Positions 47,223 through 56,465 of a DNA stretch of 60,626 nt are shown here, one piece after another. Position numbers and translations under genes: made by a program. Within the stretch, counting starts at the first letter, position 1. Every line of letters begins with the position of its first letter. The DNA comes from Acidobacteriota bacterium (GTDB lineage Bacteria > Acidobacteriota > Thermoanaerobaculia > Multivoradales > J023), in the NCBI GenBank assembly GCA_038747035.1, contig JBCDKB010000002.1, forward strand, positions 1 through 60,626, given 5' to 3'. The notes under the pieces are model-generated. The model was not told where the DNA came from. It saw only the letters and a list, made by a program, of their open reading frames with translations, and did no database searches.

Positions 47223-47266
47223 CGGGTGGCCTCGCCGTCGGGATCGGCGACGCCGAACGGCTCGGC

Positions 47267-47896
47267 TCAGGACTCTTCGCCCAGGCGCTGGAGCACGAAT
47301 TCCTGCAGGCCGTTGCGAAGCTGAAAGACCCGGAGCGGCTTGCAGCCCGAGAGCATCTTCTCGACCTTGCGGATCGGCAGCGTGGGCGACGGGACCCGCC
47401 CGTCGTCGAGTCCGTAGTCAAGGCTGTTGCGCGAGGCGTATCTGAAGTGGATCGGAGACGGCGGAATCGGCACCACCGTCGACGCGTGCATCAGCACCAC
47501 ACCGCCGGGGGCTAGCCGATTTTCAATGCGCGCCGCGAATCGCGCCGCCTCGACGTCGCTGAAATAGTGCAAAAGGTCCCAGACCAGGATCACGCCGAAA
47601 GCTTCGGATCGCTCCGGAAGCTCGACGTCGGCCGCCTCGCCGAAGTCGAAGATGTCGCCCCGCTGGCCGTTGACGCCGACGCGGTGGAAGCAATCCTGGA
47701 TCAGCAGGTCATCGGTGTACTCGGAGAAGGCTTCGAGATTTTCCTTGGACGATGGCCCCAGGTCGAGGACCGCACGGCCCCCGTCCCGCTCCAAGGTGTC
47801 CAAGATCAGCTCCAAACCCGGAGAATGGTGGATCCCCGACGAGAGGGACCCCGCTTCTTGCCCGCGGCGGAAGCGCTTTTTTCGAGACCAGAACAC
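47267..47896 (-). CDS. SAM-methyltransferase-like protein with degenerate motif I
   Basis: The start is set at GTG 47896 (GGAG 6 nt upstream, 2 nt after the SDR stop); track ORF 47267..48349 overlaps the SDR gene. Motifs are VLDLGPSS (in place of GxGxG), ILVWDLLHYF and APGGVVLMH. Confidence 0.55.
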   Translation of the reverse strand: MFWSRKKRFRRGQEAGSLSSGIHHSPGLELILDTLERDGGRAVLDLGPSSKENLEAFSEYTDDLLIQDCFHRVGVNGQRGDIFDFGEAADVELPERSEAFGVILVWDLLHYFSDVEAARFAARIENRLAPGGVVLMHASTVVPIPPSPIHFRYASRNSLDYGLDDGRVPSPTLPIRKVEKMLSGCKPLRVFQLRNGLQEFVLQRLGEES

Positions 47897-47898
47897 AC

Positions 47899-48660
47899 TT
47901 AGCTCCGGAGGTAGGACGCGCCGTTGACGTCGATGATGGTGCCGGTGGCGAATGCCGCCTGCGGATCGGCGAGGCAGAGAACCCAGTAGGCGACATCGCC
48001 CACCGTCGCCACGCGTCCGAGGGGGCTTTGGCGTCGGATCGCGTCCGCCGCCTCGCCGTCGAGCCACGGCCGCGCCATCGCCGTTTCCACGAAGCCCGGG
48101 GCCACGGCGAAAACGCCGATACCGTGGGGCCCCAGGGCCAAGGCGAGACTCTGCGACATGGCGTTGAGCCCCGCCTTGGACGCGCCGTAGGCCGGGCACT
48201 CCGGCTCGCCGCGGAAGGCGCCGCGGGATGAAATATTGACGATCCGGCCGCCGGCTCGGCGTTTCACCATCTGGCCGGCCGCGCGCTGGGCGGCGATCGC
48301 CGGACCCACCAGATTGATGCCGAGGGTCCGGTTCCAGGCGGCTTGCCACTCGCCGGAGCTCACCCCGAGCGGCGGGTGGGGCTCGAAGACGCCGGCATTG
48401 TTGACCAGGATATCGAGGCCGCCGGAGGCGTCTTCCACGTGGTCGACCATCTCCCGGATCGAGTCCGGGTCGAGCAGGTCCGCCTGCACGACCTGATGGC
48501 CCCCGCCCGGCAGCGCCTCGAGCGTCGCCCGGGCCTTCTCCTCGTTGCCGCCGTAGTGGAGAAACACCTGCGCCCCCTCGGCCGCGAATCGGCGGCAGAT
48601 TTCGCCGCCGATGCCGCCGGAGCCGCCGGTGACCAAGACCGACTGGTCGACAAAGCGCAT
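47899..48660 (-). CDS. Short-chain dehydrogenase/reductase (FabG-like)
   Basis: 253-aa ORF with TGGSGGIG, NNAG, and catalytic S...YxxxK (ISSRGAF...YGASKAGL). Confidence 0.85.
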   Translation of the reverse strand: MRFVDQSVLVTGGSGGIGGEICRRFAAEGAQVFLHYGGNEEKARATLEALPGGGHQVVQADLLDPDSIREMVDHVEDASGGLDILVNNAGVFEPHPPLGVSSGEWQAAWNRTLGINLVGPAIAAQRAAGQMVKRRAGGRIVNISSRGAFRGEPECPAYGASKAGLNAMSQSLALALGPHGIGVFAVAPGFVETAMARPWLDGEAADAIRRQSPLGRVATVGDVAYWVLCLADPQAAFATGTIIDVNGASYLRS

Positions 48661-49106
48661 CAGCTCCCCCCCAGCCTTTTCTTGGCGGAGAGGGCCACCA
48701 TCGACACCATGCCCATGAGCCCCATGCTCTTGCCCATGGACAGCTCGTTGCCGAAGATCTTGTAAATCACGTCGCCGGGAACGGAAGCCACGTCCCGCAG
48801 CGGTGCGCCCGACAGGGACTCGCCGAGGATCACCGCCATCGCCTTGGCCGAGATCCCTTGGGGGTTCTCGACCGCGAAATAAAAGTCGAGGGCGCCGTCG
48901 TCCCGGGCTTTAGCCCAAACGAAAGCTTCCGACTCACACGCCGGGACCCGGTGGTCTTCGGCGAACGGCCGCGTCGCGATGTCTTCGGGCACATCGCGGA
49001 AGCGGTCGGCGGTATCGATGAGCAGCTGGATACGGTCACCGCGGTCGAGCATGGAGAGCAGCGAAAGAGTGTCATCGAGCTTCTCCGGCAAGGCTGCGTC
49101 GCTCAT
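48660..49106 (-). CDS. sufE: SufE-family sulfur acceptor protein
   Basis: The start is set at ATG 49106, overlapping the rhodanese stop (ATGA). The SufE-type active-site context is [13 protein letters not shown]. Its stop overlaps the SDR start (ATGA). Confidence 0.7.
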   Translation of the reverse strand: MSDAALPEKLDDTLSLLSMLDRGDRIQLLIDTADRFRDVPEDIATRPFAEDHRVPACESEAFVWAKARDDGALDFYFAVENPQGISAKAMAVILGESLSGAPLRDVASVPGDVIYKIFGNELSMGKSMGLMGMVSMVALSAKKRLGGS

Positions 49107-49966
49107 TTTTCGATCGGAACGCCGACCAAATTGCCCCACTCGGTCCAGCTGCCGTCGTAATTGCGGACCTTTTCGAAGCCGAGCAGGCGGGTCAGCACAA
49201 ACCACGAGTGGCTCGAGCGCTCGCCGATGCGGCAGTAGACCACCACGTCGTCGCCCTTCGACAGGCCTTTTTCCTGCTCGTAGATCGCCCGCAGCTCGTC
49301 GGCGTTCTTGAAGGTGCCGTCTTCTGGATTAACCGCCCGCCCCCACGGCACGCTGTGGGCGCCCGGGATGTGGCCGCCGCGCAGGGCGCCTTCGTTCGGA
49401 TAGTCGGGCATATGCATGCGCTCGCCGCTGAACTCTTCGGGGCTGCGCACGTCCACCAGCGGCAGGTCCGCCTCGACGTGGGCCAGCACCTCGTCCCGGA
49501 AAGCCCGGATGGCCGCGTCGTCGCGGTCCTGGGCGGCGTATTCGCTGGCTTCGTAGGTCGGCACGTCACGGCTCATGTCGCGGCCTTCTTTGGCCCACTT
49601 GAGACTGCCGCCGTCCATGACCCGCGCGTTGGTGTGGCCGAAGAGGTGAAAGACCCAGTAGGCGTAGCAAGCCCACCAATTGTTCTTGTCACCGTAGAAC
49701 ACCACCGTCGTGTCCGGGGTGATGCCGATGCGCCGGCATAGCGCCTCGAAGCCGTCACGGCCGAGGTAGTCGCGGCGGACCTGGTCGTTGAGGTCGCGGG
49801 TCCAGTCGACCTCGACGGCGCCCGGCACGTGGCCGGCCGGGTAGACCAGCGGGTCTTCATTGGACTCCACGAGGCGAACGTTCGGATCCTCGAGGTGCTC
49901 GGCGACCCAGTCGGTCGACACGAGCGCTTCGGGGTGGGTATAGCCACGCGCTTCGATGGCGGTCAT
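49103..49966 (-). CDS. Two-domain rhodanese (thiosulfate/3-mercaptopyruvate sulfurtransferase)
   Basis: 287-aa ORF with tandem rhodanese domains and the active-site loop [12 protein letters not shown]. Confidence 0.85.
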   Translation of the reverse strand: MTAIEARGYTHPEALVSTDWVAEHLEDPNVRLVESNEDPLVYPAGHVPGAVEVDWTRDLNDQVRRDYLGRDGFEALCRRIGITPDTTVVFYGDKNNWWACYAYWVFHLFGHTNARVMDGGSLKWAKEGRDMSRDVPTYEASEYAAQDRDDAAIRAFRDEVLAHVEADLPLVDVRSPEEFSGERMHMPDYPNEGALRGGHIPGAHSVPWGRAVNPEDGTFKNADELRAIYEQEKGLSKGDDVVVYCRIGERSSHSWFVLTRLLGFEKVRNYDGSWTEWGNLVGVPIEK

Positions 49967-50249
49967 TCTTTATCTCCTGAAGGATTTTGCGTGCTGGAAT
50001 GCCGGCCACGTCATCTCGTCGCCCAGCCCTTGCATTCTGTCACGGCGGGCCCTTCCAGACGGTCCCGCGGGCTATAATCCGCCTCGATTCGAGGGCCGCT
50101 CGCCCACGGATCTCGTCGCTTCTCTTCACCGGCCCAGAGGGCCCACGGCACCGCCACCGACCCCGCCCGGCCAAACGCGTTTGGGCCCCCACAGAGATCT
50201 GTCACCGCGGATTGGCGCCGACGCGCCGCCGCCTAGAATTGAGGGTTTG

Positions 50250-52106
50250 ATGCCAGCAGCGGGACTCCGCATCCAACGGCGACGTCGCACCGCCCGAACC
50301 GAACTCGGCGCGGCGCTTTTCATTCTAGGTTTTGGCTTCGCCGCGCAAGCACCCGCCGTGCCGCCGGCCGCGCCGGCCGACCCGTCGAAGGCGGTCACCT
50401 CCGCCGACGGCGTCACCCAAGAAGCCCGCCAAGCGTCGGGCGCCGCCACCCGGCCGACCGAGACCCTCGACCCCGAGCTCTTCCCGGTCGCCCCGGAGCT
50501 CGAAGCGGCGGTCGAGTTCTGGCTCAAGATCTACACCGGCTATGACAACCATGTGGTCTTGCTCCACGACGAGCGCCACCTGAACGTGGTCTACGCCGCC
50601 CTCGATTTCGGCGACCTCTACTCGACGTCGATCTCCGAAGCCCGCAAGCAGCGGGCCCGCCGCAAGCACCTGAAGGAAGCGCGGGAAAAGTATCGCTCGA
50701 TCCTGAACGACCTCGCCGCCGGTCGAACCTCCAAGGCCTACACCGCCGACCAAGCCCGAGTCGCCAAGCTCTTCGAGGATATTCCCGGCGGTCGCGGCAA
50801 GTACAAGAGTGCGACGTCCCGGCTGCGCACCCAGACCTGCCTGCGCAATCGCTTCGCCGAGGCGATCGAGCGGTCCGGCTACTACATGGCCAAGATGGAG
50901 AGGATCTTCGGCCAGAGGGGATTGCCAGTCGAGCTGACGCGCCTGCCCTTCGTCGAGTCCCTCTTCCAGTGGAACGCCCGGTCATCGGCCGCGGCCGGCG
51001 GTATCTGGCAGTTCGTCCCGTCGACGGCCCGCCTCTACCTCGACATGACGGCCGAGTACGACGAGCGTTTCGATCCCCTGCTCGCCGCCGAGGCGGCGGC
51101 CTCCCTGCTCGGCAAGAATTACGAAGCTTTGGAGACCTGGCCCCTCGCCCTGACCGCCTACAACCACGGCCGGGCGGGCATGAAGCGCGCCGTCCGCCGC
51201 ACCGGCACCCGGGACCTGGGCACGATCGTTCAGAAGTACCGGTCCCGGACCTTCGGCTTCGCCTCGAGAAATTTCTACGCCGAATTCGTCGCGGCCTACC
51301 TGGCCTACGAGAATCGCGACCACTACTTCCCCGGCACCCTGCCGCGTCCCCTGCTGAAATACGACGACTGGCAGCCGCAGCACTTCGTCTCGCTGCCGGC
51401 CCTGGCGTCGAAGGCGAATCTCGACGTTGATGATCTCAAGCTGCTCAACCCCGCCCTCTCCCGCGAGGTCTGGCGCGGCAATCTCTTCCTGCCCAAGGCC
51501 TACTCACTGCGCCTTCCGTCCGGCAAGGCCGGTCAGGTCGCCACGGCCTACGCCGCCCTGCCAGACGATCGGCGGTCTCCCCGCCAGGTCGGACACCGCT
51601 ACCGCGTGCGCCGCGGCGATACGCTCTCTGCCATCGCCAGTCGCTTCGGCGTCTCCGTGGGCTCGCTCAAGTCCGCCAACGGGATCCGCGGCCACCTGAT
51701 CCGGTCCGGCCAATCGCTCCTGATTCCGCCGAGCCGGTCGGGCTCGCGGGCGCGGCGAGCGACCCAGGCGTCCTCGGGTCCGGTGCCGGTCGCGAAGAAC
51801 GGTCGCCACGTGGTCCGGCGCGGCGAGTCGCTCTCGACCATCGCGAAGCGTTACGGCACGGACGTCCGGACTCTCCAGTCCGTGAATCGCTTGAGCAGCC
51901 CGGACCGCCTGCGGGTCGGCCAGTCGCTCAAAATCCCCGGGCCCTCCGCCGACGGAAAAACGGCGACCCACGTCGTCCGGCGCGGCGAAACGCTGGCCTC
52001 CATCGCCCGCCGCCACGGCACGACGGTCAGCGCCCTGCGGCGGGCCAACCGGATCCGGGGCGACTTGATCACCCCCAACCAGGTCTTGGTGATTCCCGGA
52101 GGCTAG
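50250..52106 (+). CDS. MltD-like lytic transglycosylase with three C-terminal LysM domains
   Basis: The start is set at ATG 50250 (signal-like RTELGAALFILGFGFAAQAPA). The SLT catalytic region is FVESLFQWNARSSAAAGGIWQF. The three LysM repeats are YRVRRGDTLSAIASRFG, HVVRRGESLSTIAKRYG and HVVRRGETLASIARRHG. Confidence 0.8.
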   Translation: MPAAGLRIQRRRRTARTELGAALFILGFGFAAQAPAVPPAAPADPSKAVTSADGVTQEARQASGAATRPTETLDPELFPVAPELEAAVEFWLKIYTGYDNHVVLLHDERHLNVVYAALDFGDLYSTSISEARKQRARRKHLKEAREKYRSILNDLAAGRTSKAYTADQARVAKLFEDIPGGRGKYKSATSRLRTQTCLRNRFAEAIERSGYYMAKMERIFGQRGLPVELTRLPFVESLFQWNARSSAAAGGIWQFVPSTARLYLDMTAEYDERFDPLLAAEAAASLLGKNYEALETWPLALTAYNHGRAGMKRAVRRTGTRDLGTIVQKYRSRTFGFASRNFYAEFVAAYLAYENRDHYFPGTLPRPLLKYDDWQPQHFVSLPALASKANLDVDDLKLLNPALSREVWRGNLFLPKAYSLRLPSGKAGQVATAYAALPDDRRSPRQVGHRYRVRRGDTLSAIASRFGVSVGSLKSANGIRGHLIRSGQSLLIPPSRSGSRARRATQASSGPVPVAKNGRHVVRRGESLSTIAKRYGTDVRTLQSVNRLSSPDRLRVGQSLKIPGPSADGKTATHVVRRGETLASIARRHGTTVSALRRANRIRGDLITPNQVLVIPGG

Positions 52107-52171
52107 ATCCTCCGTCGGCGGCCGTCCACAGGCGCTAGCGGGCTGCGATGCAGGGCCGAGGACCCGGGCGC

Positions 52172-52190
52172 GGGTTTTTTCGGCCGAGCC
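52172..52190 (+). terminator. Possible weak intrinsic terminator after the lytic transglycosylase gene
   Basis: ACCCG-GGCG-CGGGT hairpin (5 bp) followed by T6 (52185-52190), 66 nt after the stop codon. The stem is short. Confidence 0.4.
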
Positions 52191-52193
52191 AAA

Positions 52194-52232
52194 GCCTCGG
52201 TTCCCTAAGGCGCGAGCGACCGGAACCGAGGC
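52194..52232. repeat. 11-bp perfect inverted repeat GCCTCGGTTCC / GGAACCGAGGC with 17-nt spacer
   Basis: Read directly (arms 52194-52204 and 52222-52232). It lies in the intergenic region immediately after the candidate terminator. Function is unknown. Confidence 0.9.
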
Positions 52233-52290
52233 TTCGAGATTTCAACCGCAGGCCCGGCTCGCCAGGGCCGGGCGCGGGAAAGGCCGATCG

Positions 52291-52479
52291 TCAGCTCACC
52301 GGACGGCCCGCGAACCACAGGTCGTCGTAGGGCGTGACGTCGTCGCGCAACTCAGCGAGCAGGCTCTCGGCGAACGCCGAGGGCTTGCGGCGCGGCACGA
52401 AGACCGGGCCGCCGGTGCGAGAGGCGGCCGGGAGGGTTTTTTCGTCGAGCTCATTCTGGGTCGGGCGACACATCACCAT
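52291..52479 (-). CDS. Hypothetical 62-aa protein
   Basis: ATG with a GGAGA RBS 7 nt upstream and strongly G/C-biased third positions. I recognise no motif. Confidence 0.45.
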   Translation of the reverse strand: MVMCRPTQNELDEKTLPAASRTGGPVFVPRRKPSAFAESLLAELRDDVTPYDDLWFAGRPVS

Positions 52480-52498
52480 CGTTCATTCTCCAAGTCCA

Positions 52499-52558
52499 GC
52501 ATTCCAACGGTGGAAGACAGCGTCGGCTGCGTTCCGACGATAGGAACGCATTCCAACG
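52499..52558. promoter_or_regulatory. Candidate operator cluster between the divergent 62-aa gene and the OsmC gene
   Basis: The direct repeat GCATTCCAACG occurs twice (52499-52509 and 52548-52558). The repeats flank a 7-bp perfect inverted repeat, GCGTTCC-N7-GGAACGC (52529-52549). TTCCA-ACGG-TGGAA lies at 52502-52515. The segment is locally AT-richer. Confidence 0.3.
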
Positions 52559-52710
52559 AAAAGAAAAGGCATGTCCAGCGGTTCTGCGGGACAATATAGG
52601 CGCGGAATGTGGCAAGAAAATGACATTTCGCCTCAAATCCCCATCAATACGGCGTTTAAGGCGTCGACCTCAACAAAGTCCGGCCCGAACCGGGCCCCAG
52701 GAGATGAGCG

Positions 52711-53121
52711 ATGGATGTCACCCTGTCCGGAACCTACGTCGGCAAGCTCAAGGTGGCCGTCGAGCACGGCCCGTCCGGCGCCCTCCTCCACACCGCGGCG
52801 CCCGTGGACAATCGGGGGGACGGCAGCTCGTTCTCGCCGACGGATCTCACCGCCGCCGCCCTCGGCGCCTGCATGCTGACCATCATGGGCATCGTCGCGG
52901 AGCGCGACGGACTCGACCTCGACGGCTGCCGTTTTCAGCTCGAGAAGCACATGCGGTCCGACCCGCGGCGCATCGGACGGGTGCCGATCACTTTCCACAT
53001 GCCCGCCGGCCTCGATCCCACGGCGCGGAAGAAGCTCGAGCGCAGCGCCTTGACGTGCCCCGTGGCGAATTCCTTGCACCCTGAGTTGGAGCAAGACACC
53101 CGCTTCCTCTACCCGGACTGA
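52711..53121 (+). CDS. OsmC/Ohr-family peroxiredoxin-like protein
   Basis: 136-aa ORF with an AGGAGA RBS. It has the two conserved Cys contexts of the family (LGACMLT and LTCPVANS). Confidence 0.8.
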   Translation: MDVTLSGTYVGKLKVAVEHGPSGALLHTAAPVDNRGDGSSFSPTDLTAAALGACMLTIMGIVAERDGLDLDGCRFQLEKHMRSDPRRIGRVPITFHMPAGLDPTARKKLERSALTCPVANSLHPELEQDTRFLYPD

Positions 53122-53223
53122 ATCCGCTGGATCGCTGACTTTCGCAGCCCCACGGCCGAGGCGCCGGATCGCCCGGCAGATTCTGGGCTCGGCCGCGGGT
53201 CGGAGAGCGCCGGATTGGCGTTC

Positions 53224-53502
53224 CTAGGTGGACCGAGACGTCAAAGTGGCGACGCGCCACCACACGACGGTGGCGAGTGCGGCGAGCGTCGCCACGGCCA
53301 GGGAGCGCCCGTCGAAGGAAGCTAAACCGCCGAATCCGAGCGCGGTCGCCACCAAACCACCGACGGTCGCCCCGAAGGCGCCGACGATCAATCCCGCGGC
53401 TTTCCCGGGCCTCGCCGGCTCGGGCAGCGTCAAGGCGGCCGCGACGCCGACCACGGCGCCGATGAAGAGCCAAGAGAAGAGTCCGTAGAGCCAAATGATC
53501 AT
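53224..53502 (-). CDS. GlsB/YeaQ/YmgE-family (transglycosylase-associated) small membrane stress protein
   Basis: 92-aa ORF with three Gly-rich hydrophobic helices (WLFIGAVVGVAA..., GLIVGAFGATVGGLVA...). Confidence 0.75.
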   Translation of the reverse strand: MIIWLYGLFSWLFIGAVVGVAAALTLPEPARPGKAAGLIVGAFGATVGGLVATALGFGGLASFDGRSLAVATLAALATVVWWRVATLTSRST

Positions 53503-53618
53503 GCTTTGAGTCCAGTCCGTGAATCTGACCGTGGGTCGCGCGGCGAGCGACGTCGCCGCCGTCGATCCACCTCAGTTTAAGCAAGCTCGGTGCCGGCGCC
53601 GACGGGTATCATGCGGCC

Positions 53619-56327
53619 ATGACTGCCACCGACTCGACCGCAGCGCCCGAGGCCGCCCGCAAGCGCGTTTACCTCATCGACGGCTACTCCAATATCTTCC
53701 GCGCCTTCTACGCGATTCGCAATCTCTCGAGCTCCCGCGGCGAGCCGACGAACGCGATTTTCGGCTTCATCCAGATTCTCCACAAGCTGCTGCGCGATGC
53801 CCAGCCTGAGTTCCTCGGTATCGCCATGGACGTGTCCTCAAAGACCGTGCGCAAGGAACAGTACGAGGACTACAAGGCCAACCGGCGCCCGATGCCGGAC
53901 GAGCTCCGATCCCAGATCCCGTGGATCCGCAAGGTCGCCGAAGCCTACGGCATCCCGATGCTCGAGATGGAGAAATACGAGGCCGACGACGTCCTCGGCA
54001 CCCTCGCCAAGAAGGGCTCGGCGGCGGGCTACGAGGTGGTGCTGGTTTCCGCCGACAAAGACCTCATGCAGCTGGTGGACGAGCACGTGCTCCTCCAGCA
54101 TACGGGGCGGGACAAGCTCTACGACCCCGCCCTGGTCACCGAGGACTTCGGCGTGCCGCCGGCGCGGGTCATCGATGTCTTAGCGCTCATGGGCGACGCG
54201 TCCGACAACGTCCCCGGCGTCCCGGGCATCGGCGAGAAGGGGGCGAAGAAGCTGATCAACGAACACGGCTCCCTGGACCAGCTGCTCGACAACGCGTCCA
54301 CGATCAAGCGCAAGAGCTACCGCGAGGGTCTCGAGAACCACCGGGATAAGGCGCTGCTATCGCGGGACCTGGTGACCATCCACACCGACCTCGATATCGA
54401 TTTCGATCCGGCGACGCTCGCCCTCTCCGAACCCGACTACCCGACGCTCTTGGACCTGTGCTGGCGGCTCGACTTCCAAGGCCTGGCGCGGGAGATCGAA
54501 TCGACCCACGGCGGCGTGGTCGAGACGCTGGAGCCGGCGGTCGATATCGACGGCGTGGAAGGCCTCGGGGTACTCGACGACGCCGGGCCCAGGCTGGCGG
54601 CGGCGATCGTCCAGGGCCTGGACGACGAGCCGCTCGGCGCCGCGGTCGGATTGTTGAGCGCGGGCGACGGCGGCGCGGGGGACGAAAGCGACGGCGGACC
54701 CGAGATCAGCCCCTACTGGATCGACTTCCGGCGCGACGGTCTCCGGGGCGCTTTCCTCGAGAGGCTCCGCGCCTGGGTCGCCGACGACGAGGTCGAGCTG
54801 CTCGGCCACGATCTGAAGGAGGTCCTGCGCCTCCTGGGGCCGCGCGCCACCGTCCGCTGCCGGCTCCTCGACACGATGCTTTTCAGCTACGTCGTGCGCT
54901 CCGCACTGCGCTCCCACGACCTCGAAACGGTGGTTATGGATCGCCTGCACCGCGCGGTGACGTCGCCCAAGGACGCGGGCTTCGCCAAGGGCGAGCTGCC
55001 GATGGTCGGCGCGGAGCCGCTCCGCATTTTGGCCGCCGAGCGCGTCTGCCTCCCCCATTCGATGGCGGACGGCTTGATCAATGAAATGGACGTCCAGGAT
55101 CTCCGCCGCGTTTATGACGAGCTGGAGGAGCCGCTGGTGCCGGTTTTGGCGACGGTCGAAGAGACCGGCGTCGAGCTCGACAGTGACTTCCTCGGCGATA
55201 TGTCGATCGAGCTCGGCCGCGAGATCGAGGCCGTCGAAGCGGATATCTACGAGCGGGCCGGGGAACGATTCAATATCCAATCTCCGAAGCAGCTCGGCGA
55301 GATCCTCTTCGAGAAGCTGGACTATCCGGTGCTGCGCAAGACGCGCAAAACGAAGAATTACTCCACCGACGCCGAGACGCTCGAGGAGCTCGCGGCCCGC
55401 GGCTACGACCTGCCGGAGCGCATCATCCACTTCCGGGAGCTGACCAAGCTGAAGTCGACCTACGTCGACGCGCTGCCGACCATGGTCGCCGACGACGGCC
55501 GCATCCACACGCGCTTCAACCAGGCGGTGGCCGCCACCGGACGCCTTTCCTCCGCCCATCCCAACCTCCAGAATATCCCGATCCGCACCGAGCTCGGCCA
55601 GCGAGTCCGCAAAGCCTTCCGCGCCGCGCCCGGACATCGCCTGGTGGTCGCCGACTACAGCCAGGTCGAGCTGCGGGTGCTGGCCCACGTGGCCGAAGAG
55701 GAGGTCATGATCGAGGCCTTTTCCCGCGGCGAAGACATCCATGCGGCGACCGCGGCGGCGGTCTTCGGCGGCTCTCCGCTCCTGGTCAATCCCGACCAGC
55801 GCCGCATGGCCAAGGTCATCAACTTCGGCATCATCTACGGCATGACGTCCTTCGGCCTCGGTCGCCAGCTCGGCATCCCGAAAAAAGACGCCCAAAACTT
55901 CATCGACACCTATATGGAGCGCTACCCGGGCGTGCGCCGCTACACCGAAGCGACGCTCGACGAGGCCTTCGAGACCGGCCGCGTCCGCACCCTCTACGGC
56001 CGCGTTCGGCAGCTGCCGGACATCAAGAGCCGCAATTGGAATCTGCGCGAAAACGCCAAGCGCATGGCGATCAACGCGCCGATCCAAGGCACCGCCGCCG
56101 ACTTGATGAAGATCGCCATGATCCGCATCGAAAAGCGCCTCGAAGAGCAGCTGCCGGAGACCCGAGTCCTGCTCACCGTGCACGACGAGCTGGTCATCGA
56201 AGCGCCGACCGCCGACGCCGAAGCCGCCGGCGAGCTGCTCCAAGAGACCATGATGGGCGTCGCCGAGCTCAAGGTTCCCCTCGCCGTCGACGTCGGCATC
56301 GGGCCGACCTGGTACGACGCCAAATAG
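53619..56327 (+). CDS. polA: DNA polymerase I
   Basis: 902-aa ORF. The 5' nuclease N-terminus is YLIDGYSNIFRAFYA. Polymerase motif A is VVADYSQVELRVLAH, motif B is RRMAKVINFGIIYGM, and motif C is LLTVHDELVIE. Confidence 0.95.
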   Translation: MTATDSTAAPEAARKRVYLIDGYSNIFRAFYAIRNLSSSRGEPTNAIFGFIQILHKLLRDAQPEFLGIAMDVSSKTVRKEQYEDYKANRRPMPDELRSQIPWIRKVAEAYGIPMLEMEKYEADDVLGTLAKKGSAAGYEVVLVSADKDLMQLVDEHVLLQHTGRDKLYDPALVTEDFGVPPARVIDVLALMGDASDNVPGVPGIGEKGAKKLINEHGSLDQLLDNASTIKRKSYREGLENHRDKALLSRDLVTIHTDLDIDFDPATLALSEPDYPTLLDLCWRLDFQGLAREIESTHGGVVETLEPAVDIDGVEGLGVLDDAGPRLAAAIVQGLDDEPLGAAVGLLSAGDGGAGDESDGGPEISPYWIDFRRDGLRGAFLERLRAWVADDEVELLGHDLKEVLRLLGPRATVRCRLLDTMLFSYVVRSALRSHDLETVVMDRLHRAVTSPKDAGFAKGELPMVGAEPLRILAAERVCLPHSMADGLINEMDVQDLRRVYDELEEPLVPVLATVEETGVELDSDFLGDMSIELGREIEAVEADIYERAGERFNIQSPKQLGEILFEKLDYPVLRKTRKTKNYSTDAETLEELAARGYDLPERIIHFRELTKLKSTYVDALPTMVADDGRIHTRFNQAVAATGRLSSAHPNLQNIPIRTELGQRVRKAFRAAPGHRLVVADYSQVELRVLAHVAEEEVMIEAFSRGEDIHAATAAAVFGGSPLLVNPDQRRMAKVINFGIIYGMTSFGLGRQLGIPKKDAQNFIDTYMERYPGVRRYTEATLDEAFETGRVRTLYGRVRQLPDIKSRNWNLRENAKRMAINAPIQGTAADLMKIAMIRIEKRLEEQLPETRVLLTVHDELVIEAPTADAEAAGELLQETMMGVAELKVPLAVDVGIGPTWYDAK

Positions 56328-56465
56328 CGCCTTGGGGGAGGCCCTGGTGAATCGCTCCGTCGGTCCCGGGCCGCCCGGGGTGCTGGTACCATCGGACCAA
56401 CTCGAAACAGTTCAGGCCGCCCGCCACGCCCGCCGGGCGTCGGGAACGCTCCGGGAGACGTTCAG

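Noticed and set aside
50073-50078. A perfect TATAAT hexamer upstream of the lytic transglycosylase gene.
   Set aside because: No acceptable -35 element lies at 16-18 nt (the TTGCAT is 37 nt away). It sits about 170 nt from the start codon. I cannot support it as a promoter from sequence alone.
54357-56243. A 628-aa minus-strand ORF antisense to polA, and a 552-aa ORF (33457..35115) antisense to the permease.
   Set aside because: These are shadow ORFs. The sense strands encode unmistakable Pol I and APC permease motifs.
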